Assembly: GCF_964355755.1 (NCBI RefSeq)
Contig: NC_092674.1
Span: forward strand, 27,404,001 to 27,468,000
Source: Antedon mediterranea
Lineage: Eukaryota > Animalia > Echinodermata
Direction of reading: 5' to 3'
Length of the DNA: 64,000 bases
Shown here: positions 50,464-63,233 of the stretch, piece after piece
Position numbering within the stretch: the stretch's first letter is position 1
How the letters are laid out: the number at the start of each line of letters is the position of its first letter
Translations under genes and position numbers: made by a program
The notes under the pieces: generated by a model
The model's input: only the letters and a program-made list of their open reading frames with translations
What the model was told of the DNA's origin: nothing
Databases searched by the model: none

Positions 50464-51636
50464 TTAAGTAATTTCGGACACTTATTTTTACATAATTTTA
50501 TTTATATTCTGCATAGTTCTAAAATAAAATCAGTTATGTAACTATCATCATAGATCATAGTCATAATAATTATAAATAGATAAAAATAAAACGTTATATA
50601 CATCTCCGGGCATGTTATATCACGAAGTAATTAGTTTGTATAACTATAGGCCTAGAGCATCCTCTATGTTTATATTATATGCAGTTATAAATAATGCCAT
50701 TAGCGAAAAATAATATTATGAATACTAAAGCTATAAGATTTTTAAATATACAGTATAACATAACGGATGTCCGTCGTAAGTTTTTAGCCACTCAGATCAA
50801 GTTAACTCATTTCAAGATCACCGTAGTAATATTCTAAATCTGCAATAAAAATAATAAAATAGATGACTTGTTGTAAACACGCATTTCCTCTGGACATGTG
50901 CTCGATATAGATCAAAAGTTGAAAAGGACAGTGCAGTTTGACAATACATTACCATTTCATGGGTTAAAAAGTCATAATAGAAGCGATTATTCAGCAACAG
51001 AAAGTTTGATTAATGAATGAATGGCGAAACTACAAACCAATTAGAAAGTAAGAAAAGGAAGAGACTTTCATTGATCTAGACTCAGTTCCTTCCAAAAGAT
51101 ATTATTCTTGACAACGATTGTGTCAAATCTAACAACATTACAATATATTTTTACAGATTCACAGCGCAACAACAATCCGAGCGTAGAAAATCAACGAATT
51201 ACAGCAACAACCTGTAATTAAATAAACTGCTACGAAGAACTCATAAGAGTTGCCTTGGGACAAACATGTATCAAAGTCAAAAGACAAATTAAAAAACAAA
51301 AAACAATTAGTGGAAAGGTTTGTTCTGTAAAAGTATGATCAGTAGGTCTTTAAAACGCGATGGACCAATTATAATCTGAAATTGCTTGTTTTTTTTGTTA
51401 TTTCAGTATAGATGAGGCGATAGGTATGTTATAGCGAAAATTAGTACTTGAAGATGAACATTGACTGGGTAATTGTTAATCCATAGATATTCTACCAAAT
51501 TGTGAAAATTAACAAATGAAGATGTTCAGAAATTATCAAATAAAGTAATCGATCTGCTTCACCTATTCCGTATGGTACATGTCTATTTAAGAATCTCCAA
51601 TCAAAAGACGGAATTCAATTATAGAAACCACTTTAA

Positions 51637-52689
51637 CACTTTGACTGCCAAACACGAAGATCTTCGTTTTTGGAAACACAACGCTTGACTGCCAAAAACG
51701 AAGATCTTCGTTTTTCGCGTTTTTTTACGAAATCCGGTAGATAGGTTAATTATTGGTATATACTATAAATATGAACACTATATTCGGTCTGGACCGTAAA
51801 TATTTTACAATTTGAAAGTAACTAATCTGGTTACGAACGACTGTCAAAATGGTACCTGTCGAAATAACAAACACCGCGCATCACAGTAGCGCGTAGAGCG
51901 ATGGCTTGGCGCATTGTGTATCGGTCGCGCGCTAGCTATGCCGCCGAATCATTACAAAGGTTTTTGTGGATTGACATGTTTGTTTGTTATCTGAATAAAA
52001 AATAATGGAGTCATTTTCAATATGAAGTCTTTAATTTTATTATTGTATGTATACCCTAATTGTTTTGGTGTTTTACTGAAAGTGACCGAGTTTCACGCAA
52101 CAAAATTGTTTTGAAATTGTATTGTTATTATCATCAGTTTACTATCTCCTAGGCCTAGGCTAGTAGTACTACTAGGCTAGCCTAGCCCTAGTCGTAAAAC
52201 GGTTCCGGACCAACTTTAGGCCTGGTTAACTAGGCCTGGTGTCTTTACTATGTAGATTTTGGCGAAACATTGATGTAAGATTTATGATTTATAAAATGTA
52301 ATACATTTTTCGATAGTGATAACTTGTTTTTATAGGCCTATCGGTGCCGTGTAAGTAACTTTTTCGTTGTTTGTTGATCTCACCGGGCGATATTTTCATA
52401 TTGTGATGTCTTGCACAAAATCGCGAATATCTCGACTTTCTTGCGCGAAACTACGAAAAATTCAAAAAGTGGGTTACTTTCATTTTACTATTACGATGTA
52501 CATATTGCGATTTAAAAATCGTTCTTGGTACCATTGTAAAGCTAAAATCTTTATTATTATTTTAGTCTAAATTACATATAAATCAGATCACATACATGGT
52601 TTCAATCAGCTTTAATAAAAACATCGAATTGGGCTAAAAACGCTGGCGGTGGCAGTTTCTAACTGGAAAAACCTCTGGCAGTCAAAGTG
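51637..52689. mobile_element. Non-autonomous piggyBac-type element, 1053 bp
   Basis: TTAA|CACTTTGACTGCCA...TGGCAGTCAAAGTG|TTAA (perfect 14-bp TIR, perfect TTAA TSD); left subterminal direct repeat TTGACTGCCAAA.ACGAAGATCTTCGTTTTT x2. Confidence 0.88.
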
Positions 52690-55600
52690 TTAAGAATAAT
52701 CATAAAAATGAGCAATTGACAAAAATATAACAAATCATCAACGGTATTCACTGCTTACGTCACATAACACAGAGTTGCAGGTCCAAAGCATTATGAATAT
52801 AAACCTGAGTTATTGGTTTTCTCGGACGATCCTGATCGAATTCACCTTTTCTCATCATTTTTATCTTTTTTATGATATTTTATGGTTTTTATATATTTTA
52901 AAGATATTTTAAACATTGTTTTTTAACGGTTTTAGATGTTTTAAAATATTGTTATTATTGTTTTATATGTTGTTTTATTCATGAACCTTTTTACTTGTTT
53001 TATGTGATTTTGATCAAATAAATGAATGAATTTATGAAAGCAAAGCAAAGAAAAAAACAAGCTTTCAAAAAAGCAACTGACAAAACATGCAAAAAACAAG
53101 GAAATTGATCAATAATTGTCACTGACAAGTAGACACAATGAGATGTATTGGAAAGCTTCGTTTAGTACCGGATACATTGACGATAATTTGTTCTGAATTA
53201 ATAACTTTGTTACAAGAGTCGTGAAGTCAAACTTCTACTGATCCTCGGGCAAAAGAGAGCATTAAGTAGTCAGAATATGTTACAACAACCTTTACAAAGC
53301 AACTTGTGGACACCAATGATGCGATATGTATATCAATCGACAATGTTTGACATTGTAAGTGACATTTTCTCAAATTACAATTATGATCTTATTATTAGTA
53401 TTAGATTCCCCCCTAGGCTGTGTGATAACTTACAAGATTTTAAGAGATTTTCAGAAGAAAAGAAGATACCCGGACATACTGATTCAACCAAATTTAAATT
53501 GTCTTTGTTAAATAGATGAAAATGAATGATGAATCGTGTAGTGTTTTAGGTTCAGAAAAAAATAATAAAAAATAAAATTCAATGAACGCTACTGGCGTCG
53601 GTTAAGGCAGCACATAATTGTATACGAGTTTCCCAAAGTAGCTGCGCTTTGAGGAAGTACATTTAAACAGCCATACTGTTTTTTCATTTATACTAGTTTG
53701 TTATTGGATAAAAGTATAGTTAATCAATGACGGAAATCTGAGTTCATCAAAATTTCAGTTGTATGTAAAATTTTAGCAATCAAACGCAAAAAAAATCAAT
53801 AAAATTCTATGAGCAGTGACCCTTTGACCGCCGTAAAGCCTAATTCGACGTATCGATAAGACTATGTAAAGCTCCCTTGAGGTCCGCCTAATACGTAATG
53901 TGACGTAACGGATATTGATGTAATCGCCATAGCTTTTTTAAACGTGAAACAAATACTTTAAAGATCACCAGATTAGAGCGAACAATAACTAGAAAAAATA
54001 TGAAAAATCTAGACGAACGATATGAACAATTAAATGGTCACACACCTACGAACACCGAAAGCACATTCTTCCTCGACGATGGAGTACCGTATTTTATTAT
54101 TTATTTATTTTATTTCACCAACAGCCAATCATCGCCAGTCTAACAGGCTGATTAAATCTGTTGACTGCCCATATAAAGTTAACAATGTTAATGTTAGTTA
54201 GGCGGAAGAAACATAGTGCCATAGGTTAAGCATCAATCATTGTCCATTTTAGTATATAAAGATATTTTATTGGAAACATTTAGCCAATAATTCACGATAT
54301 TTGCGCGGTTTTGATGAAAATGAGTTTCGACAGCACTATTTACACATGTTGCCATTAAATCAATTTGTCTTTATTAAGTTTAAAAGCTGGACAGTAAACA
54401 AGGCCTTCGAACTACGATAATGCACTACTAAATAAGGATTATCATTTATAACGATACCCGTCAACAACGTTTCTTTTGACAATGAAATGTTTTGCAATTA
54501 TCTAAATGTAGGCCTATCCATGAAAAAAACATTTTGCCTGTTTTTGAGGAGTTAAAAAAAAAAGAAATTAAAGTCAATAAATTATATCAACAATTAACTA
54601 CTATGAATAAATGTAAATAAAAATAAATTAATTAAATAATTTTTCAAAAATAGGTCATTAGGTCTGTATTTTATATTGCTTGATCAGTTGTTGTTGTTGT
54701 TAGTTCCAAGTTGATCACGAATGATATTATGTTTGTATTGTTTTGCTTGTGTTTTCTGCAAAGAAAACAATTACCATTATACAATGTATATATGTATGAA
54801 TGACTTAATAAATCGATTCTGAATCTGAATGAACCACTTTATAATCTAGTTAGAACACAAGAAGAAAGCCACAGTTACAACTACCAAAACAATGCTTTCT
54901 CATTCATAGCAAAACTTAGTAAATGTATTAAATGATCTTAAAATGAAGGTAATGATACTCGCTATAAAGGTCATCTTAAATTTATACAACCTTTGTTGGA
55001 ATTTTGAATTCTCTCATAAGCGCAGCAACCAGTCAGAGGAAAATGGCAAAAGGCTTTCTACTTTCTAGGAGTTTTATGAGATAATATTATCGTTTTGAAA
55101 AATCTTGTAAGTTGGTTAAACTATCATCAAATTCAAATTAATTAGTTACAGATATAAATTTATCTTCTCCGTCTGCTATTGTAACCCCTATCAGGGTATT
55201 GCTGGTTTAGTTAATGTGTTTAAGTTGTATTTCTATTTGCAACTGTATAACAAATAATTCTTGGATTGCAGCAACCAAATTATTACTTTCGTAATGCTCA
55301 ACCCTTTTACACGTAAAAGTAGGCCTAACGCTGTTTCGATAGATTTAGGTTCTTTTACATTTAATTTGAAGATTCTGCAAGATTTGTTCTAAATATCTTG
55401 TACGCGGAGATAAAAAAAAGAATATATTTTATATAAAACAGTTGAATTAAACACAACCTTGAAGCCAAAAGTTACGCTTGAGTAAGTAAGCAATTTAATC
55501 AAGTCACATGCAAACTTTTGAAAGAGAGACAGTCCTAATTAATTGGCTTTTATGCAATATCTGCCTAAAAGTATACAAATGTATTTCGAGTTGTTACCTT

Positions 55601-56439
55601 GATAGAAGTAGGACAAAAATGTCGTTCACATACAATAAGCACCATTAAGTAAGCTACACGCATCTCATATTGATGGATACATTAACAGAAAGAATGAGGG
55701 GAAAAAAGCAGAAAAACAAACCGATTTGTTCTAAAACAAAACGGTACAAACAACTGTACTCGTGAAACCGGACTTCATGAACACCGGTAACTCTAATTAA
55801 AAGTTACGACAATACCTTCCTGTGTCAGATAGATATCGGTAGTCTAAACCGGATAGCCATAGCCAAAACAAGTGCAATGTTAAGAAGGCACCATGCGAAG
55901 ACATTAATAAAAATGTAACCAAATGTCCTAGTAACATTGTCAAAGAACTAAGTCGTACTATTTTGTTATAGAATGTTATGTATGCTGCTCATACTATTCG
56001 GCACCAGTAGTTTGAGGGTAAAAGAAATAAGGACAATGATCTGTAAGAAGAAGCACCAGTTCACAAGACCAGAGGCGCCAATATCCTCACCCGGAGTCTC
56101 GGTTGTTCAAACCGACCGTAATAATACTTAAAAGGTTATGTATGTGCATTGGAATCATATAAAACATTTTTCATGTGCTTAGTTTAAGTTAATTACTTAG
56201 TCATGACACGGTGGTTATTGTGACGTGAGTGTTTAATGAACTAATTAGAATTAAACATAGTCAAAATGGGGACCGACAGTCAGACTCGGTATATATATTT
56301 GTTTAAATTTTAATTACCGTAACATTTTTGGAACGAACTTTTTGAACCTACATCGCTTAGAAAAACTCCGGGGCGTTAACATCGGCGGTTTGTTTTTATG
56401 CATAGTAAGCTAGCTACAGTCAATGTGAAAGGAGTATAA

Positions 56440-56579
56440 AGCTCTGTCTACACTATCAAACTTTATGCGACAAAAACATGTGATGCGCCCATATATGGAC
56501 ACGACGAGGTCATATAACTACCATATTTGGGCACATCACACTTTTTTTTCCAAATTAGTTTGATGGTGTAGACAGAGCT
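56440..56579. mobile_element. MITE family A copy
   Basis: TAA|AGCTCTGTCTACACTATCAAACT...AGTTTGATGGTGTAGACAGAGCT|TAG. Confidence 0.9.
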
Positions 56580-56904
56580 TAGGATGAAGATGGTATGTTA
56601 TTAACTTGTTATTTGCGGTTAAACTTATCTATGAATATAAATATGAAATATAGGCTTCTCAAAGCAATAAACAAACTATGATTTTTATAATCATTGTTGA
56701 CCTATAATATTTGACCTTTAATTGTAGTTATGATCGTTCCCTTAGGAAAAATATGTAGTTTCAATCATGGATCTTACTCTTAAAAAATGAATGAATTGCT
56801 TAAGTTTGAACATTAGTCAATGTGTAGTTGTTTGGCCAAAAGTTTAGGAATCACAAAAAAGTAAACAAAAATACATTATTATCTTACTTCATAAAGATTA
56901 ATAA

Positions 56905-57180
56905 TAATTTTTTTGTATTGAATTTGTCATTTTATATAACATTTACTTAATAGTTATTGACTGTAACCAAAAATTTATCGAAATTATTATCTGAATAAAT
57001 TAAAGCAAACAATAACTAAAATGGGTGCCAGCCTATGGATTTTTGGTTGAAGTTATCCGTTTATTTTGTCTTTTTATAAGTGAAAACATTTCTTTTTTTT
57101 TACGGAATTGATTAACATTGTAAAAACTACTAAATGGTCTACTTCATTTTTCATATTTTTAGGGGACAATACATTTCTAA
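56905..57180. mobile_element. Degenerate family G copy
   Basis: GCCAGCCTATGGATTTTTGGTTGAA...TTTTAGGGGACAATACATTTCTAA. Confidence 0.7.
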
Positions 57181-58174
57181 TATTAATGAAAATGAAACAA
57201 AATGGCTGGTGTGTACCACGTGATTTTTAGATTCACGGAGTAGAATGTCATTCATTACTCTGACCTGGCTTTAACAGATTCAAAGCACAAAACATTGTTG
57301 TATTTCTTCAAATTAGCAATCTCAATTTATTTCCGGCCCAAAGTATGAACATTGAATAAACTGTATCGATCCGTTCTAATTACGAATAGCATAATTTTCA
57401 AAGTTATGCTTTACAGTTAGCCTACGTCAGGCATTTATCATCATCGATGATGGAGGCGATGTCTGGGTATTTAAAATAAAGGTTTGTATGCCAGTGTGTT
57501 TGTTAGCTTACGCACCTCATACATGCGTCCAGTAAATGACATCATGACACATTTCTAACATAGGCCTACTTTACACTTAGCCACAGGAGCACCAGTTTTG
57601 GACAAATTGTACCATACATTTCATAACATGTTAGTTCAAATAAACTTAACTCAACTTGTGAAAGAAGCACAATTATCACTGGAATCTTAATTAAGTATAC
57701 AATGGAAATTCTGTGTTGATTTGTTTCTACGTTTCTCGATTCCAAGCCTCTATTTACCATAACCGTTAATCAATATCCTAATTATTGTTGTAGGAAGAAG
57801 ATCAATCAAGTGAATGCCAGCAGCCGTATAAAAAACTGGAAACTTGAAATATAGGACAGGATACCACCCGTTTAATTCGTGAAAACATTATAGGTAATAA
57901 CATGTCGTTCCAACGACATTTTACTTCTGGGTATTTTATTTTATTTCTTTCTAAATTGATTGATTCCCTTAGTGGTAATCCATCTATTCAATCAATTAAT
58001 GGTATGTAGATACATGACTAAGCTTATAATGCACAGAATAGAGAACGAATTCACAAGAAGATAGCGCAGATAAGGTAGGCGCTTGACTTGACGGTGTTTG
58101 GCAATTCAAATGCAATACGTCGAAATATCAATTAACTTATACAAATGTTTGGAATAGAATTCAAATGAAGATAG

Positions 58175-58286
58175 AACAAGGCCAAATACCTGGCTGCAGT
58201 CGCGTGCACATATTTGAGTTAGTGTTTACCGACCGACCGACATAGTGAGCTGTAGCGTCGCGTTTGCACACCGCGCACGCGACTAA
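58175..58286 (+). mobile_element. Helentron/DINE-1-like (HINE) non-autonomous element
   Basis: 5' AACAAG; subterminal inverted repeat AGTCGCGTGC (58198) / GCACGCGACT (58275); (CCGA)n microsatellite; 3' hairpin GTCGCGT..ACGCGAC followed by TAA. Confidence 0.6.
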
Positions 58287-59374
58287 TAAATGAGGTATAT
58301 TGTTTTGCATACGTGTATTTTGTATAGGTTAAGCTACAAATATTATTTATTCAAACCCAGCAATATTTTAGCATACTTTTATTAATTTATAACTTGTGTA
58401 TATATAGTTTTATGTTAAGATGTCCAATTTCGTTTAATAACACTGTCATACATAACATAACGTATCAAATTCAATACGCACATCTAATTAAAAGATCACA
58501 CCAAACGCAGTTTTATTGCATTTATCAATGACACATGCAATAGAAAATGGAAACTTGAGAGATTTCGTTTTCTTTGTATTTAAATTGTGTAGTAATATAC
58601 GCAGATAATGTTCAGAACTTTTTACAACATTACTCAGAATCTCATGTCACTAACATAATATACGTAGATCCTACTGAATATGGCAACATTTCTAATACAA
58701 TGAATTCTTTACTTACCTAAACAATTCTAAAAGAAATTAAATGATAATTGGAGATTATATAATTATGTGAATTATTTAAGTAGTTTAATTATGATTGCGC
58801 GTAATTCTCATATAGGTAGGTTTACTGTACGAATGACCAGCGGGCGATGATGAGCACATGTTTAAATCGGGTCTCGAAGCAAGTATGAAATAAATCATTT
58901 ATCTTAAAATTAATGTGTTAAGGAAAAGAGGACATTAATGATGAACATTAATGTGATTTATATTTTTCTTGAGTGGTTTGAATCGTAGGAGCACTTCAAA
59001 TTTATTAGTAAGATAACAGTCTTAAGATCAATACTGTCGTAGACACGTGCTTCTTACATAACAGAGCGTATTTCTGTCAATGAACATCTCGAAAGGTTTG
59101 CCAACTAACGGGTATATTAAGCAGTGAAAATAAAATATGTGGGTTACAATAGAAAGTTCACAAGTTTATTTAACAAAGGATAATTGTGTGAATTGCAAAA
59201 ACTCATCTTTGTGAATCCAAGTTTGCCTTGATGTCTTTTTACCAGTTATTTTAATGAGATTTCAATTGTACGTAATATTAAAGAGGTTTTAATAGACTTA
59301 AAGTACTTTTGTTGAGTTGTATGACTAGTGGCTGTGGTTTTTCTCACTGGATTCGTCAAACTTTCTCAACGCCA

Positions 59375-59560
59375 CACTCGGTTCTCGGGCGAAACTCGGT
59401 TTTCCCGACCAAATTCGGTTATCGCCAAAGTCGGTTATTTCTCGCCTCTCCAAACTCGGTTCTCCCGGCCAAACTCGGTTGTAGTCAAACTTGGTTCTCG
59501 CAAAATCAAAACTCGATTATCGCCAAACTCGGTTCTCGCAAAAGGCCAAACTCGTTTATC
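59375..59560. repeat. Array of short AAACTCGGTT(C)TCG(C) motifs (~16-24-bp spacing)
   Basis: About 10 copies of (A)AACTCGGTT-like motifs; probably subterminal repeats of a DNA transposon. Confidence 0.75.
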
Positions 59561-60342
59561 GACAATCGGTAATCGACAAACTGACCGATGTGGTCAATTA
59601 CAGCCTTACAATTTAGGCTAAATGTTAAATATTCATTATTTAAATGTAATGCATTAAAATTTTAAAAAAACCGTATCAAAAAGCTCAAAATCAAAACAGC
59701 GCATATCCAACGGGAATGATACAAACTATTCTTTACTTTTCACTTTTTGTAATTCAAGAAAAAACGGCCTAAAAATGTTTTTAAAAAACGTAATTTAGAA
59801 AACGTAATGTATAACATCTCGTTATATCGTTACGTATTATTACTGTTTTGAGTCTTAAAATCTCGTATCAAACATTTCTAAAATTAAGAGAATGCACTAC
59901 ACTCGTCAAACGATAATAAAATGACACCAGCGATTCCCAAAATTGTCATAAATAAGTAGTCATATTTCATTCTACCTAAGAGTGATACATACATTAAACT
60001 GGAGAGAGAACGACAGTCATGCTAAATTTCTCTTAATATCACCATCATTACATACCTACTGGGTGATTACAGGTAATAAAGTATCGGGGAAATAGTCGAT
60101 CTAATAGCATGGATTCAAAAACAAAACCGGTCCCGTTGGCAGCTTTCTGTATATTTGTATCTTATATAGTCAGGCTAATGAATACCTACTGGCAATACAA
60201 ACGCTAATGGGGAAAAATGCATATAAAGTAGGACTGTAGTCGTAATTCTCTTAGTAAATAAAAACACATTGATTTGAAAAACAACAATCCGATGTGAATA
60301 CACAGTATAAATGGAAGCCGGGTCACAAACAGAAATACAATA

Positions 60343-60458
60343 AAGCTCAAATTAGTTTGACAAAAAAAAGTGTGATGTGATTAAATATGGTAACGATACG
60401 ACATCCTCATGTCTATATATGGGCACATCGCATAAAGTTTGATAGTGTAGACAGAGCT
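60343..60458. mobile_element. MITE family A copy (internally deleted)
   Basis: AGCTCAAATTAGTTTGAC...AAAGTTTGATAGTGTAGACAGAGCT|TAA. Confidence 0.82.
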
Positions 60459-61756
60459 TAACACATCTAATGAATGATATTCTGCGCATGAACGCTCCCT
60501 TTGATCAGCACTGATTGCAAACAGATATGTTTAAATGTCGCTTTATTTATCATCAACTAAATCTGTATAGACACTGATAATGTGACTGAATAGAAATGAC
60601 TGCATAAATAGGCGCAAAGTACAATTAATTAATTACCAACCAACAAACTAAATGATTAAAATCAATCATTTATCAGAACTAATACAAATATTGCAGTACT
60701 CTGAAAAACAATCAGATTTCAGAAATTTCAAACCAATTCTGTAAAATCACAATTTTGCAATCAGAATACGTAAACACGTCTCATGCTTGAGTAAACATGA
60801 ACAATAATGGTGTGAAAAAAAAGCCTAAAACAAGAATACCGACTGACATTACAAGATCACTCACTAAAATGTTTGCAAAATGTCTGACTTATGTTTGCAC
60901 AAGTCTGGCAATATTAGTTTAATTCAATCATGAAAGGTTAGGGTATAGTGGTTGATGGAATGCTATATCTTAGAATTTAGATACTGTACCGAGAATCGAC
61001 TGAACAATTTGTTTCCAAATACACAAAATAAAAAGCAAGTTTCTAGAATTAAACGCCCACTGAGTATGGCTTCAAATGTTCATAAACATGTTTGTAAAAA
61101 TAATTAACAGTGAGAGACTTACGTCGGAAGATTTTCGAAGGGTATTAAGAAAGGGGTCCATGCTGACTTTCTCGCAAATGATGCGTAAAGTTAGCCAGCA
61201 ACACACTGTATGAAACGAACGATTGTAATTTTTATTTCACAAAAGCTTACCGTATGTTCTCACAATGATCTATTATCGCTAGTTTAACCTTTGCCCTATA
61301 TTCTCAATTCTTCGTCAACAACAACTTTCAAATCGCTTATATTATTTAATAAAAACAATCCGTCGTGATAGTAATCAAACTTATGACAACATTTCTAGCT
61401 AACCGCCATCTAGCATGACGACTGTGTAATAACATTTAAACTTAGGTACATTATTTACATTAATAAATGGTACCACTTGCGTAATCAATTGTAACATTCG
61501 GTACAAACTGTACATTAACTTTCTTCGTCAATTATATGACGAATAACAAATGTCATATGCCTCTGTATATTATGTATAAATGTTAATAAATAGTTTCATA
61601 TGAAGTTTACGTGGAAACTTTCGGGGTTTATTTCAATGAATTTTCTATTTTCTACAAAATATGTATAAAAGCAGGAAAGAGTGACAATAATGTCATTCTT
61701 CTCTGAAAATTGTAAATCATATGACAAAATACATTCAAATGTATTTTCGGCTAATC

Positions 61757-61981
61757 CAAGGCAATTTAACAACAGTTTGATGAGCTCCGGAAATAAAAGG
61801 TTTTATCTGTGGCTGCGACACGATCAGATCCACGCCCCTTAGCAGACATCGCGCGCCGCGGAGAATACTTAGTACAGTACTGCTAGTATTTGTCGCAGTC
61901 AGACATACGATCAAAGGACTGTTACAATTTCTTATCTTGGCAAGGCAAGGCGAGTTTAGTGCCCTGTTGTTAGATTGCCTT
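61757..61981. mobile_element. MITE family J copy
   Basis: CCAAGGCAATTTAACAACAG...CTGTTGTTAGATTGCCTT; interior matches 3386-3580. Confidence 0.78.
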
Positions 61982-62593
61982 TACTTGGTTCAACACAATT
62001 CAGAGTTCATTGATGCACCTCATACCATGCTTCATGCTCCTACGGTGGAAAGATATTTTTGCTACAGCGACACGAAATACGTAAGTAGTTTGGACAATAA
62101 TGATCCGAGTTGTCGCTTGTGATTGGGCAAATTACATTGTGTAACGAGCGCATACGTACGTATAGTGGGAACTAATTTTAATTGTCAAATTAAAACGCAT
62201 ATTACTTGTACTTTCTCATTAAATTATCAATTCAAATGTATATTAAACTTGATGCTATTTTTTGTTGATTGAAGGCGGTGCCTTTACAAGCAATCTCCAT
62301 TAACGTCTCCAAAATATTAGACAAAAACACAATTTTCATTCCATTCTAATTTACTATCATCATAAAGTAATGACACGTGATGTTTTTCTGTTTGTACTAA
62401 AAACATTGCAGTGTACACTCAAGGAATTAATACATAATACGGTATTATGGTTTAAAAACGTTTGTAGAGGGCAGTACAGTCAATCTTTACTCACGTCTTT
62501 ACTCGAGTTGAACAAAACGCAAGAACCAGACGAGGCAAATGAAACTAACTACAACTAATTGTAGTTACATTGTATTACTCACTAGTAAGTGAG

Positions 62594-62900
62594 TGAGTGA
62601 GTGGCCGAGTGGTTAAGACAGTGGTACCGTAATTACGTAGCCATAAAATCGGCAGGGGTTCGAGGGTCACTCACTCCATGGTTCTGGTGGTAGAACGAGT
62701 CTTCTCAGATAAGAACTATACACCGTAGGTCCAGTGTACACATCTAGCTCGTGTGCACTTTAAAGAACCTAGTACATCTTTCGAGACGAGTATAGGGGGT
62801 TACCCCGGTGTATTAGTAAATCACAGCCACTGATCACCAACTGGGCCCTCTGGGAGACTAGTCATTGACTGAAGAGGTTACCCAGTATAAATATATATTT
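62594..62900 (+). mobile_element. tRNA-derived SINE with a Deu(Nin)-like central domain
   Basis: A-box TGGCCGAGTGGTT; B-box GGTTCGAG; acceptor-like GAGTGAG/CTCACTC; body GTCTTCTCAGATAAGAACTATACACCGTAGGTCC...TTAAAGAACCTAGTACATCTTTCGAGACGAGTATAGGGGGTTACCCCGGTGT resembles the Deu domain of SINE3/AmnSINE1 as I recall it. Confidence 0.75.
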
Positions 62901-63233
62901 CAATCAATAATGATTTATTGCAGCAGTATAATATATCCTATTTAATACTCTTTAAACGAGTATACGTCGCATTTAAAAAAATAATAAATCTGTAGGCTAA
63001 TTACAAAACTGATGATAAAGATTATCATACAGACAGTTGCTGGTAAAAAATTACTGTATTTAAACGTAAAACAGGCAGTATACACGCGTGTAATTTTTGA
63101 GCGAAATGGTTGTTTGTTGGTTTCATTTATTTTCCACACATTGAACAAAAGGAACAGATATATGGACTAAAAGAAAAAATTAGCGTTGAAGTTGCATAAC
63201 AAGCCAGGCCTCGCAAGTAGTGTATAAGCTTAA

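Noticed and set aside
709-63148. The remaining 60-115-aa ORFs in the track
   Set aside because: They are short, many start at non-ATG codons, show no recognisable domains, and many overlap MITEs or SINEs; this is expected background in AT-rich noncoding DNA.
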